DNA of 64,000 nucleotides from Candidatus Bathyarchaeia archaeon. Its GTDB lineage: Archaea > Thermoproteota > Bathyarchaeia > 40CM-2-53-6. The stretch is from the NCBI GenBank assembly GCA_050013255.1, contig JBEKFP010000001.1:192001-256000 (forward strand), read 5' to 3'. The position numbers and the translations under genes were made by a program. The notes under the pieces are model-generated. The model saw only the letters and a list, made by a program, of their open reading frames with translations, made no database searches and was not told the origin of the DNA. Of this stretch, positions 1 through 10,010 are shown piece after piece; position 1 is the first letter of the stretch; each line of letters begins with the position of its first letter.

Positions 1-410
1 GTCCACTTAGCTCGGTCCTTGGACGCCTCCTGCCCTGTTGGCACGTCGAGTATGACCGCAATATCACTGTCCAAACGTTCCTGAAAGTGGATGATCTCGT
101 TCGGTTGAACTTCCACATCGCCGTACTGAAGAATCTGGTAGGCACCAGAATCTGTCTCGACCACACCTTCGAAGTTCAGGAGTTGATGTATCTTCGGAAC
201 GTCCTTTTCTCCACGAAATTTACGCCACACAAGGTAGGAGTTTGTGATTAGGGCGTCATATCCGAAGGTGTCGTGCAAGGCTTTTGCTGGAATTATCTGA
301 GAATTTGGATTTACAACAGGCAGAAGTAACGGTGTCTGCAGCGTACCTCTTTTCGTTCGCAGTAGCCCGATTCGGCCTAGAAGGTCCTTGCTACGAATCT
401 CGAAGGCCAT
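1..410 (-). CDS. tgtA: archaeosine tRNA-guanine(15) transglycosylase, 5' part (runs off window start)
   Basis: Manual translation from ATG 410: MAFEIRSKDLLGRIGLLRTKRGTLQTPLLLPVVNP...LITNSY...ETDSGAYQ...DIAVILDVPT, typical archaeal TGT motifs. Confidence 0.9.
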   Translation of the reverse strand, partial: MAFEIRSKDLLGRIGLLRTKRGTLQTPLLLPVVNPNSQIIPAKALHDTFGYDALITNSYLVWRKFRGEKDVPKIHQLLNFEGVVETDSGAYQILQYGDVEVQPNEIIHFQERLDSDIAVILDVPTGQEASKDRAKW

Positions 411-466
411 TCAGAGTCGAGCTTCGCTCATTCAGTTGACTATCTATTTTCTTGGGGTTCGGCTGC

Positions 467-895
467 TTAGGGTTGGGTTTGGGCTTTGACGAACTCATCG
501 TAGACCTTTTGGACCCTTTCGGCTGCGGGTCCAGTGCCCTCAACTATTCCTTTTTCGGAGACTCGGATTCGATCCATTACGACTATTATTCCAGCCCCTT
601 CGTTCACTCTTACCATTCTGGGAAAGACTCGTTCTAATCTATCCGCCAAGGCTGGTAGGTTGAACGGCTTCTCGGTGCTGAAAATCTGCATCACAGAATT
701 GCCGTTGACGAAGAGTTTATTGAGAATTCGCCCCGAGTCATCTCTGGCACCACTTAGGCAGATGTTGAGGGAGTGGGGGTCAACTCCTGAAAGAACACCT
801 GTGTAGTTCTTTCCGTCCGACATTACGACGGTAATCATCTTTTGGAGCTGGGCTGTAATTTCTTCCATAAACCTGCGATCTGGTAAAGATGACAT
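467..895 (-). CDS. Lsm/Sm-like RNA-binding protein with C-terminal extension (SmAP3 type)
   Basis: Sm1 motif (ITVVMSDGKNYTGVLSGVDPHSLNICL) plus Lsm_C-like tail; ATG 895 preferred over TTG 910. Confidence 0.8.
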   Translation of the reverse strand: MSSLPDRRFMEEITAQLQKMITVVMSDGKNYTGVLSGVDPHSLNICLSGARDDSGRILNKLFVNGNSVMQIFSTEKPFNLPALADRLERVFPRMVRVNEGAGIIVVMDRIRVSEKGIVEGTGPAAERVQKVYDEFVKAQTQP

Positions 896-935
896 TGAAT
901 TTCGCCACAACTGATAGCGCGTCAGGTTAGTAACG

Positions 936-1172
936 TTATCGGCGTTCGGCGTTAGTGTTAGCCTTCGGGTGTTGCTCCTGTGTCTTCATTTCCTGTAGGA
1001 CTTGTCTTGCTTCCTTGGGGTTTTTGGAGTGAGCGATGACTCTCGCGTCCTTTAGATTGACTCGTCGCCCACAGTATGGACAGGAGCGAGTTTTCTTATC
1101 TGAAACCGCGAGCAGAAGGCGGCCGCAGTGCGTACAGACGACTACGAGGTAATCTTTCTTCGGCTTGGACAC
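936..1172 (-). CDS. small Zn-ribbon protein (DUF1922-like)
   Basis: CTHCG...CPYCG; GTG 1172 lies just after the upstream kinase stop. Confidence 0.65.
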   Translation of the reverse strand: MSKPKKDYLVVVCTHCGRLLLAVSDKKTRSCPYCGRRVNLKDARVIAHSKNPKEARQVLQEMKTQEQHPKANTNAERR

Positions 1173-1176
1173 AGGC

Positions 1177-1776
1177 CTACCACTCCAAGTATCTAGCCAA
1201 CGAGTGTTCTTTGTCCAAGGTCGCAATCCAATCAATCTTTACCCTTCTTCGCGCCGGCTGAATGAGAATTCGCTTTGCAGTAGCCACGCACTTGTTAACA
1301 CTAATGTGAGACGTATCCACCTGAACTACTCGACTCAACCCAAACCACTTCACTGCATTGATAAGGCACACGTCCAGCATTTCTGCCAACACGTTTTCTC
1401 GAATTTTACTCTGCTTCCACTTCTTCTTACTTAGACGCCCCTCGAGAATTCTCGGGTGACAACGAAGCACGAAGACGAGTTTCACTAAATCCTTCGGGAT
1501 GATTCCTTCAGGTATGTGCGTATCGACGATTGTCGGGCGCCTTGTCTGCAATAAGAGGCGGTTCAGGCTTGCGTGTACACGAGCCAAGTTGACAACTCTG
1601 GATTCTCTCTCCCGATCAAAGCCTGTGTACAGTTTGCGTTCTGAGACGAATTGTGTGAGTGCGACGTAGTCTGCGCCAATTTCTTTTGCGAGCTTCTTAG
1701 CGAAGGTTGTTTTGCCTGTTCCTGGAGTTCCAGTGACCATGATTGCTAGGCGTGCTGTCTTTCTAGGCACTTTCAT
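1177..1776 (-). CDS. adenylate kinase, AK6/Fap7 family
   Basis: GTPGTGKTT P-loop, IVDTH, VLRCHP, KIRENV motifs. Confidence 0.85.
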   Translation of the reverse strand: MKVPRKTARLAIMVTGTPGTGKTTFAKKLAKEIGADYVALTQFVSERKLYTGFDRERESRVVNLARVHASLNRLLLQTRRPTIVDTHIPEGIIPKDLVKLVFVLRCHPRILEGRLSKKKWKQSKIRENVLAEMLDVCLINAVKWFGLSRVVQVDTSHISVNKCVATAKRILIQPARRRVKIDWIATLDKEHSLARYLEW

Positions 1777-2105
1777 TTTTCTGACCGTGGCCTCGGCTCC
1801 TGTTTACGTAAATATTCCCGAATTCCTTCCTTGATGACCTTGTAAAGCTCGGAGTATGGAAGAACCTGTATGTCCTTTACGCCTTTTTCGATCATGTAAT
1901 TTGAAAGGAAGGCCTGGAACCGCTCCTCTTCCGGGTTGATATTACGAATGTACCTTTCAAACATTCGCACTATTCGTGAGCTTACTCGGGCAAGGTATTC
2001 GGAATTAGTTACGGACAATCGGGCGCACATCTTAGGTTGCGCGGAACACTGGCTCATGCGAACGAGGAATCGAGCGTAACCTGATCCTTTTGGTTTAGTT
2101 TCCAC
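1773..2105 (-). CDS. hypothetical protein (true start probably internal)
   Basis: Stop overlaps the kinase start by 4 nt; operon-like packing. Confidence 0.5.
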   Translation of the reverse strand: METKPKGSGYARFLVRMSQCSAQPKMCARLSVTNSEYLARVSSRIVRMFERYIRNINPEEERFQAFLSNYMIEKGVKDIQVLPYSELYKVIKEGIREYLRKQEPRPRSEK

Positions 2106-2899
2106 CCCGCAGCTCCAGCGTTCTCTTTGACGTGATCCAATCGACCCGCCTTAGGTATGGCTACGACAGGGTCTTTCATTATGAGCCAGTTCAATGCCAC
2201 CTGTGACCTCGTCTTCCCATATTTTGCTGCAATCCTCTCGAGCACCTGCCAGCGTTCACCACGTCCTCCTCTTGAAATTTCCCCGCGTCCGACTGGGGAG
2301 TAGGCGATTATGGTAATGCGCTCTTTTGCGGCGAAGGGAAGCAAATCTTCCTCGATCGACCTATCCAGCAAACTGTATTCGACTTGATTGGAAGCTAGCT
2401 CTGTTTTCGAAAGTGCTGCTTCGGCTTCACGGGTTTGTTGCACAGAGAAGTTGCTGACCCCAACGTGGCGCACTTTGCCCTCTGCAACGAGGCGCTCCAT
2501 CCCCCTCATGGTTTCCGCTATAGGGACGCTGGGATTGGGCCAATGCACTTGGTACAGGTCTATGTAACTTGTCTGGAGGCGTTTTAGGCTGGACTCGCAT
2601 GAACGTAGCACATGCTCATACGAGAGGTTCTCCGCTGAAACTTTAGTCGCAATGAAAACGCTCTCTCGTTCACCCGTAGTGGCTTGGGCTACAACCTCTT
2701 CAGAATGCCCCGCGGCATACACCTCTGCGGTATCAATGAATCGCATTTCCAGTTCCAAACCCAGACGCAATGCCCGCACCGCCTCCTCTTCCCCTCCGAG
2801 GTGTTTGCTGCTGAGACCCCCCATACCCCATGTTCCCAAGCCTAACACTGGGATCTTGACGCTGCTCTTCCCGAGTTGCTTGAAATCCACACCTGCCAC
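2054..2899 (-). CDS. aldo/keto reductase
   Basis: LGLGTW, IDTAEVY, IATK, DLYQVHWP, GVSNF, IAYSP, AIPK motifs. Confidence 0.92.
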   Translation of the reverse strand: MAGVDFKQLGKSSVKIPVLGLGTWGMGGLSSKHLGGEEEAVRALRLGLELEMRFIDTAEVYAAGHSEEVVAQATTGERESVFIATKVSAENLSYEHVLRSCESSLKRLQTSYIDLYQVHWPNPSVPIAETMRGMERLVAEGKVRHVGVSNFSVQQTREAEAALSKTELASNQVEYSLLDRSIEEDLLPFAAKERITIIAYSPVGRGEISRGGRGERWQVLERIAAKYGKTRSQVALNWLIMKDPVVAIPKAGRLDHVKENAGAAGWKLNQKDQVTLDSSFA

Positions 2900-2950
2900 C
2901 CCTGCTTAATTCTAATAACAACCTCCTTGATAATGGGGGGCTGATTTAGA

Positions 2951-3223
2951 TTGCGAATCGGAAGTGTGGATGACGCAAAAAGCGTCGTGAGGAAGTACAT
3001 AATTGGAACTAGGTCGCGGCACGGGAAAATTGCTTCCATAACTATTGAAGAGGAACCTAAAGGCCCAGATGACAAAGGTGTATGGGTTGTGAAGGGAACT
3101 TTCGTTACGGAAGAGGGCGAGAAAGAAGATTTTACTGCTGCTGTTACGTCCCGGGGCGAAGTAACGATGACACTACCACCCACTCCTAAGAGTGGGAAAG
3201 TCCCCTCAAAATTCGGCAGGTAA
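2951..3223 (+). CDS. hypothetical protein
   Basis: 90-aa ORF with plausible composition, divergent from the AKR. Confidence 0.55.
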   Translation: MRIGSVDDAKSVVRKYIIGTRSRHGKIASITIEEEPKGPDDKGVWVVKGTFVTEEGEKEDFTAAVTSRGEVTMTLPPTPKSGKVPSKFGR

Positions 3224-3482
3224 ACGTGGGCTCTTTCCTTAAGAGGGACCAAGCCCCTTAGCTATGATGGAGCTTTATCAATTGCCATACATGCGATCGA
3301 AACCTAAACCAAAACCGCCAGCCTATTGGACCAAGGGCACAGTCACATGGTACAGCCGTTACAACAGTGACGGCAGGCAGGAAACCTAGATTCCTCGAGT
3401 TTTCGTCGACTGCCGGAAACATTGCACACATGCTCCTTGACGATTAGAAGAACCGCGGCATACGCCGAAGTTTTCTTTGCGC

Positions 3483-3923
3483 TCAGTGTTTCTTGCTTCT
3501 TCTGTCGGACCTATAGATGATTATGAACAACACGAACAATATCAGGCCAAGTAGATGGGCTAATTCACAGTCTGAACATATGGCGTGTATTATGGCAAGT
3601 TGAATGTAGTCCAAATAGATGATCGCGGGCACGCACAACGCTCCCACGGCGAAGCCGATCGTTGACGCCCTTCGAAAGCCGTATGCCCTCATGCCAGCGA
3701 GCAAGGTTAACAACGAAAACCATCCAACCGCAAGCAGGTGAATCGGGACGCTGTAGAAATAGGAGAAGGACGTTTGAAATACAGCTGGACACTGGGAACC
3801 TAGGATGCATGCTGTTAGAGCATTAGCGGATATGTACCATTGAAGCAGGTACAAACTGACACCTGCACCGATTATCCCTACAACAATGGCTCCAATCACA
3901 GCGTGTTTCAACATTTTTCTCAC
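3483..3923 (-). CDS. vitamin K epoxide reductase (VKOR) family membrane protein
   Basis: Four TM segments, loop cysteines CILGSQC, active-site CSDC followed by AH. Confidence 0.85.
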   Translation of the reverse strand: MRKMLKHAVIGAIVVGIIGAGVSLYLLQWYISANALTACILGSQCPAVFQTSFSYFYSVPIHLLAVGWFSLLTLLAGMRAYGFRRASTIGFAVGALCVPAIIYLDYIQLAIIHAICSDCELAHLLGLILFVLFIIIYRSDRRSKKH

Positions 3924-3972
3924 TAGAATAACTGCAGGTTTGCCAACTGAGACTCTTGTCGTATTAAGTGGC

Positions 3973-4704
3973 TCAGCTGGCGTTGGTAGCGTTGGTGATG
4001 GCGGCCGCTATTGTGTCTTCGGCCTGTTCGCCCTGAAAGGTTGTGAAAACTACACCGCTCTTGCCGATGATGAAGAAAGTTGGGGTCGAATTAACTCCAT
4101 ACTCAGTATTCATAACAGTGCCCGAGGAATCGTAGACATAAGTCCACCCCGTCCCATAGGTGCTAATGAATTTTGCAGCATCATTGGCCGACGCAGGGTT
4201 CCCATCCGGGCCGTTCCATGGTCCGGCAACGGAGATGAAAACAACATTTGGGTTGTTTTGATACTTGGTGTATAAATCCTGCAGGGCCGGAGCCATATGT
4301 TGGCAGTGGGTGCACCAAGGTTCCATGAACTCGAGGAATACAACTTTGCCCCGGAATGATGATAGGCTGATACTCTGCCCGGTTAGGCCGTTCGGTCCAA
4401 CTACGGGTAGGGTGAAATCTGGGGCTAAACTAGTTGACGAGGCAGTGGCAGAAGTCACAGTGGGCTGAGGAGCCGGGACGGAGGGTTGTACGACAGAATA
4501 GACTACCCAAACGGCGACAATTAGTATGATGGGTATGGCTACTTTCTCAGCCTTACTCAAGTGCACACGGTCACTCTTTCGGTTTTCCTTTTCTGGGCGA
4601 CGGCTCAAGTTCTCTTCCCCTATGTGAGAGTACGCATTTCGCGGAGTATGATTAAGGTTTTCTCTCGAAAGCGTAGAGAGGATACTTTCACTTTGTAGAA
4701 CCAC
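3973..4704 (-). CDS. membrane-anchored TlpA/ResA-like redoxin (start probably near 4608)
   Basis: TM anchor, APDFTL, WCTHC, YGVNSTPTFFII. Confidence 0.85.
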   Translation of the reverse strand: MVLQSESILSTLSRENLNHTPRNAYSHIGEENLSRRPEKENRKSDRVHLSKAEKVAIPIILIVAVWVVYSVVQPSVPAPQPTVTSATASSTSLAPDFTLPVVGPNGLTGQSISLSSFRGKVVFLEFMEPWCTHCQHMAPALQDLYTKYQNNPNVVFISVAGPWNGPDGNPASANDAAKFISTYGTGWTYVYDSSGTVMNTEYGVNSTPTFFIIGKSGVVFTTFQGEQAEDTIAAAITNATNAS

Positions 4705-4712
4705 TAATAATA

Positions 4713-5051
4713 ATGGCTTCGCTCATTCACGACACGTCTGTCGTGACAGGATTTGGAATGATGCACATGAAACTTGAACGTTTCTCAAAGCGGGCAAGGT
4801 TCCTGACAGCCTGGAGCATAGCGTTGGGCTCCGCTCTAGCTGTAGGCAGCGTAATCTACCAGCAGTTGCAAGTACCGTTGGACACGTCCCAACAAACCAT
4901 CATAACCAGCTCGACGAAGGTTGTCGTAGTACTGATACCGGGGTTTCCGTTTGAATCAATTCTCCTCGGCTTTTTCCTTGGCATGTTGGCCCTTCTCGTG
5001 ATCAGACGAAGAGTTGGCCATAAGTTAGGATCGCACAACCGACAGAACTAG
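4713..5051 (+). CDS. small membrane protein with PGF-CTERM-like tail
   Basis: IPGFP followed by a TM helix and RRR. Confidence 0.45.
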   Translation: MASLIHDTSVVTGFGMMHMKLERFSKRARFLTAWSIALGSALAVGSVIYQQLQVPLDTSQQTIITSSTKVVVVLIPGFPFESILLGFFLGMLALLVIRRRVGHKLGSHNRQN

Positions 5052-5461
5052 GTCCTCTGGGCGCATCTTTGCGCGACCTGTGAAAAGATGGCCTAGCCTG
5101 ACTTGAATATAGCGCACGAAGATTGTGATCCCACAAAGAAGAAGCAAGAGAGGGTACGGCAGGACCTACTCGGTTGCTTGTTAAGCTATTGAGGATGCAA
5201 TGATGTAGCTGCTTGGACAAGCGCCGCCGTTGGGTGCCGCGTGATAGCCTTGCGAAAGTTGACCGGTTACTGTGACTTGTGATCCAATGGGTGGATGGGA
5301 TGACGGCATATTCGCCAGGTAGTAGTATTGTTGATTCATCCGGGTAAAGGGTACGAGCCATTGGTTGACTGGGTGCGGTTCGAGCCGAATGGGCCGGGAG
5401 GAACCGCACTAGGAGAACCGATAAAGCATTGATCGTTGATCACTGATGGCGTTGTTTAGCC

Positions 5462-5575
5462 ATGATGTCTAGGTTCGAGAAGGAAGGACAACGATTTGTG
5501 TGCGATAAGTGTGGTTTCGAAACGAACAGTTCAGAAATCTTCCCTTTACACAAGAAGAATTGTCCCAGAGTTTAG
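5462..5575 (+). CDS. 37-aa single zinc-finger microprotein (C2HC spacing)
   Basis: MMSRFEKEGQRFVCDKCGFETNSSEIFPLHKKNCPRV: F-x-C-x2-C-x12-H-x3-C; below the ORF-track cutoff. Confidence 0.5.
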   Translation: MMSRFEKEGQRFVCDKCGFETNSSEIFPLHKKNCPRV

Positions 5576-5613
5576 CTTCCTCCGCCTGGGCCATGCGAAC
5601 TACACACAAAAAC

Positions 5614-5641
5614 CCCGGTTCAATTTCAGGTGCGCGCACCA
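5614..5641 (+). repeat. degenerate tRNA 3'-end relic
   Basis: CCCGG-TTCAATT-TCAGG-TGCGCGC-ACCA: T-arm-like, acceptor strand and CCA, no 5' half. Confidence 0.45.
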
Positions 5642-6053
5642 TTAGACTCACACCTATGAAAAGTCTGGTTCTGCATGTGATTCTCGGGTGGCTCTTCTGC
5701 GTGGCGTTCAGGCCGTGCTAACCATTCTGTCCAGGAGCTTATGCTTTTCCTTGATCTTTTCCTCCATTCTCTTTTGGTTGGCCTGAACGCGGCAATCACC
5801 TATTCGCGCGCAGAGGCGCATTCAAGGGGCCGCTCCGAAGACTGCCCATTCACACACCCGACCGATATCGGTCATGTGGTTCTCGGGCTTACCAACCAAG
5901 AGAAATACTCACACCCTGGAACTTAGGACTTTTCATCCTTTCACACACGAAAAACCCTGGCCGAATTCCCTGTATCCTTCACGTTTCATCAAATAAGCAT
6001 GTTCAGCTATCTTCGCTGCGATTGCTGGCGGAATAGTTCTGGGAGCTTCAAAA

Positions 6054-6080
6054 TGGTGCGGGGGAGGGGATTCGGACCCC
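6054..6080 (-). repeat. att-like duplication of the tRNA-Leu 3' end
   Basis: tggtgcgggggaggggattcggacccc matches 19590-19616 at 26/27 nt in direct orientation. Confidence 0.85.
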
Positions 6081-6140
6081 AGTTTATTGGTACATATAAG
6101 CAGGCTATGTGCCTGCATGTTTCAAGGGTGATGACACTCG

Positions 6141-6779
6141 TTGATGGCTTCAACACACATGGCCTTCGGATTTGTGTTTAGCTTCCTTCTCGCTGTCTTC
6201 TTCGCCACACACGTTGCGAGTTACGCCTACCCGATCATAATGCCAATTACCGCTATCTTTGCCCTAGTGGGTCTTTTTGGCGGATTGTTTCCAGATTTCG
6301 ACCAACTTGAGTTTCTAGGCTTCACGCACAAGAAGACCTCCCATTTCTTGTTCGGCTATTTCATCGCTACTGTCCTCCTTATTGTTCTGGCTGCCTTTGA
6401 ATCTCAATATGTTGTGTGGCTTCTGGGACTTGCTTGCGCCAGCCTTGGAGCTGGAATTCATTCTGCTATGGACCCTTTCGATGGCTTCAGGGATTCCGAT
6501 CAGAATCAAGGTATCTATGAACATGTTTTCTTAAGACGTTGGATTCGATCCCTCAATGTTGTAAGGTTCGCCCATATGTGGGAATGGGTCATCCAAGCGT
6601 TCGCAACGATATTGTTCATCGCAATCTCAGCGAACCTATCACAGTCCATAGTGTTAGGTTGGCAGATCGCAACGTTCACTTACTTCATGATTTGGGCTGT
6701 CTCAGCAATTTTCGACGTCCATATTCGAGCCAAAAACCGTCAAACGAAAGAACTTGCCGTTTCCAATATCGCGCATTGA
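6141..6779 (+). CDS. membrane-bound metal-dependent hydrolase (YdjM-like)
   Basis: TH...PDFD...HKKTSH...IHSAMD motifs in a multi-TM protein. Confidence 0.75.
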   Translation: MMASTHMAFGFVFSFLLAVFFATHVASYAYPIIMPITAIFALVGLFGGLFPDFDQLEFLGFTHKKTSHFLFGYFIATVLLIVLAAFESQYVVWLLGLACASLGAGIHSAMDPFDGFRDSDQNQGIYEHVFLRRWIRSLNVVRFAHMWEWVIQAFATILFIAISANLSQSIVLGWQIATFTYFMIWAVSAIFDVHIRAKNRQTKELAVSNIAH

Positions 6780-7244
6780 GGAATCGGCACCCGCCACGGT
6801 GCAATGAGGGATTTGAACCTATTTGGATGCGGGTCGTCCCGTTGAGTTCTTCTGGAACTTGTACAATCCCAGCATTAGGGCTATGGATTTTCGTCGAGCC
6901 CCCCAAGACACTAGCCGAGTATGCTTTCTGCTATCGTGAGTTCTATCGAGTGCCCGGAGGCTCGATTGGAGGAGCAGAAGAACGACATCTGATGATCTCC
7001 TACGCAAGGCCGATGAAAAAACCTGAGAGAAGGTCTTGACAGACTTGAGCATATTGTAAACGAGCTGGATCTGAAGGATCGTGGTGCATCACAAAAATAC
7101 TACGCGCCACGCAAGTCAACAGAAGAATAGGTGTCACGTTGCGTTAACACCGTTCAGGCCTAGGAATAACCTACGCAATAACAGATAAGAAACTGAAGTA
7201 ATAAGTATTGAGAACGCCGCAAGGCTCATGCGAGGTGGAATTCG

Positions 7245-8540
7245 TTGATTCGTGGTCCAAGTAGAGCCACTCTGACTTATAATCGACGACTAAAGCGCAG
7301 TATCGCACCTGGCTTTGTCCTTTCACACTCGGATGCAGTATTTGTGAAGGCAAGAGGAAGCTATCTTACCGATATTGAGAGACGCGTCTTCATTGACGCA
7401 ACAAGTGGTGGATATACAGCTAATGTTGGGCATTCTCATCCCAGAATAGCCGCTGCGATAAGGTCTCAGATTTCCAAAATGTGGGGACCACATCCTCGCC
7501 CTCAGGAAGTCCACCTTGCCTTGGCTGAGAGACTCAAACAAATCGCGCCGGGAAGACTTTCTGCTGGCCTCGTGGGTTTCTGCAATTCAGGGTCTGCTTC
7601 CATAGAATTCTCCATGCAGACAGTCCGAGCGTATTCTGGGCGTCCCTTTTTCATAGCTTTCACAGGAGCATTCCATGGAACATCAGCTGCTGCTCTCTCC
7701 TTGACTACAGTTTCATCCCGTATGAGGAAGAATCTGCCACCCCACGTTTCAAATGTGGTGTTCGCTCCTTATCCAAAGAGTCTAGCTTCAGTTTCAACTC
7801 ACAATTCTGATGATGGTGGATTGGATTCCCTTGACCAGCTGAGGATGATCCTTTCCACTACCGTTGATCCCCGCCAAGTGGCTGCAATCTACACGGAGCC
7901 TATCCAAGTCCATGGAGGAGTAATAGTACCACCGGACGAGTACTTCAAGAAGTTGGCGCGACTATGTCATGAGTATGAAATCCTGTTGGTGGATGATGAA
8001 GCAATCACAGGTTTTGGAAGGACAGGTAAGATGTTTGCCTCAGAGCATTGGGGAGTAACTCCCGACGTAATGTGCCTTGCTAAACCCCTTGCGGCTGGAC
8101 TTCCACTGGGTGCTGTGCTGGGACGAAAGCACATTATGCGGTGCTATCCTGGAGGAGGAACATTTTCCGGAAGTGCAATCGCATTTGCCTGTGCAATCAC
8201 AAATATCGACATAATCTGCCAGGAACATCTCGTTGTGAACGCGGATCGAGTAGGCACATACTTCATGAATCGGCTTCGCGAACTCTCTGGAAAACATGAG
8301 AGAATTGAAGAGGTACGAGGGCGAGGTCTGTTAATCGGAGTGCAATTTAGGAGACACCACGGAAAACCAGCTGCGAAACTGGCACGTAAAGTAGCGCGCG
8401 GATGTTTCAGGAGAGGCCTTCTACTCTCAACGACCGGCATCAATGAAGATGTGCTTCGGATTACTCCACCCCTAACTTTCACCACAGCATTAGTGGACAG
8501 GAGTATTGACGTTATAGACGATTCAATGCGCCACTCTTAG
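7245..8540 (+). CDS. class III PLP aminotransferase (GABA/ornithine/diaminobutyrate type)
   Basis: GHSHP, AFHG, EPIQ, DEAITGFGRTG, LAK (PLP lysine), VRGRGL, LRITPPL. Confidence 0.92.
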   Translation: MIRGPSRATLTYNRRLKRSIAPGFVLSHSDAVFVKARGSYLTDIERRVFIDATSGGYTANVGHSHPRIAAAIRSQISKMWGPHPRPQEVHLALAERLKQIAPGRLSAGLVGFCNSGSASIEFSMQTVRAYSGRPFFIAFTGAFHGTSAAALSLTTVSSRMRKNLPPHVSNVVFAPYPKSLASVSTHNSDDGGLDSLDQLRMILSTTVDPRQVAAIYTEPIQVHGGVIVPPDEYFKKLARLCHEYEILLVDDEAITGFGRTGKMFASEHWGVTPDVMCLAKPLAAGLPLGAVLGRKHIMRCYPGGGTFSGSAIAFACAITNIDIICQEHLVVNADRVGTYFMNRLRELSGKHERIEEVRGRGLLIGVQFRRHHGKPAAKLARKVARGCFRRGLLLSTTGINEDVLRITPPLTFTTALVDRSIDVIDDSMRHS

Positions 8541-8896
8541 CGAGTCCTGGTGTATTAGGTCCCGCCAGCCAAATCTCTATTGTCGCCTCGCTTTTTTTCG
8601 TAGGATTGACAAAACTTGGGCTTACGTGGTTCCTATCATGTGGGCGGGTCGACCAGAGCGAGATTGTGCGGCGGTTGAAAACGAAACCATTTATCCTTTG
8701 AGTTGCCTGTCGTCTGCGCCAAACGCGGCTATCGGAACGTGGGGGCATTAAACCAATAGTGCGGTGGGCTTAGCTGCCAAATCAAACCTCTTAGGCATCC
8801 GTTGGCGTGCTTTTGGGACTATAGATCATCTGCGGTGCATGCGTGACTTGGCCGAGCGCCCTTTTAGTTGCCTGATTGAATCAAAAGGTGTGGGAC

Positions 8897-9865
8897 TCAA
8901 TCTATTATTCTGCGTATTCCCAAAATTCTTTCTCCTGGGTTCTTGATATGCTTGGGGAACATATAATGTATGATTCCGTCGATCGGAGCGACCACTTCTT
9001 GCAGTGTCTGTCCCTTGAGGTTTTTCACGTCGCCAAGCTTTTGCCCTTTACGTGCCATCTCGCCGCATCTGCAATTCAGATAGAGAAGCCCGCCGCGTTC
9101 GGCCCTTACTATGTGTATCTTGTATTCTTCCCTCCTCTGTTTCGCAGGTAGAGTCGGCTTTCCGTCGACCATTCGCAAATGCTTGAGAATGTTTTGAATT
9201 CCGGTTACGTTGAATTGTATGTCTTCTTCATCATATGTCGCGAGGCCCTTCGAGGCTTCGAGTATTATTGAACACACACCGATCCTACTTGCTTCGCTTA
9301 TCAAGGTGCCCTTCTGCTCGGGCATGCCTAGGTAATATTCTGTCCCTAGCGCCCTTGCAAGCTCCTCTGCTCTGGAATCAAGTTCTGTGTTTCCCATCTG
9401 GCAAGATATCGCGAATGTGATCAACTGTTCCCAAAGATCGCCTCCGCGTAGGTCAAGGTGATATTGCGACTTACGAATAACCTCGTCGAAGATGAGGTGA
9501 GCTATACGATGCGTTATCGTGCCATCGGGATCCCCCGGGAATATTCGGTTCGGGTTCAGATTATCTATGGGAGATTCATCCATGCACTTCTGGAAGCCCG
9601 TCATTTCGATGACCGGGACTGTTACCACAGTTCCTCTGAGCTTATTCGGGTCGAGTTGATCGTAGATTCTGATGCAGGCATCTATCCCCGTATAGATGGT
9701 ACCAAACATACCTCCGGTCACGCATAACACGGGACCGAATTCGGAACCCTTCACTATCCCTACGAGCAGCTTGACTATAGCAGAATCATCATCTTCTGCG
9801 ACCAGAAAACCGTATGCCTTTTCCCCCTTCTGAACTTCGATATTTCCAACTCGGAGCGAATCCAT
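8897..9865 (-). CDS. AstE/aspartoacylase-family protein with degenerate Zn site
   Basis: NPNRIFPG and C-terminal lipoyl-like barrel present, but GGMFGTI replaces HGxE and DLRGG replaces DxH. Confidence 0.8.
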   Translation of the reverse strand: MDSLRVGNIEVQKGEKAYGFLVAEDDDSAIVKLLVGIVKGSEFGPVLCVTGGMFGTIYTGIDACIRIYDQLDPNKLRGTVVTVPVIEMTGFQKCMDESPIDNLNPNRIFPGDPDGTITHRIAHLIFDEVIRKSQYHLDLRGGDLWEQLITFAISCQMGNTELDSRAEELARALGTEYYLGMPEQKGTLISEASRIGVCSIILEASKGLATYDEEDIQFNVTGIQNILKHLRMVDGKPTLPAKQRREEYKIHIVRAERGGLLYLNCRCGEMARKGQKLGDVKNLKGQTLQEVVAPIDGIIHYMFPKHIKNPGERILGIRRIID

Positions 9866-10010
9866 GAAAATTATCTACTTGACCGTTTGTTTTGCAACCG
9901 CTCATTTAAGACGACTGCAGCGGTATTAAGAACGAAAACGAGATCCAATCCAACACTTTAGCCTACAGTTTGCTGGTACCTCCCGACTTGGAACGCAGAG
10001 AATTGCCATG

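Noticed and set aside
5002-5409. 135-aa minus-strand ORF
   Set aside because: Composition is not protein-like. A different frame gives a 52-aa fragment (MNQQYYYLAN...VTVTGQL) that may be a relic but cannot be assigned.
6539-7052. ORFs between the hydrolase and the aminotransferase, and a weak tRNA-like gagggatttgaacc near 6807
   Set aside because: No recognisable motifs; the tRNA-like match is too short to support.
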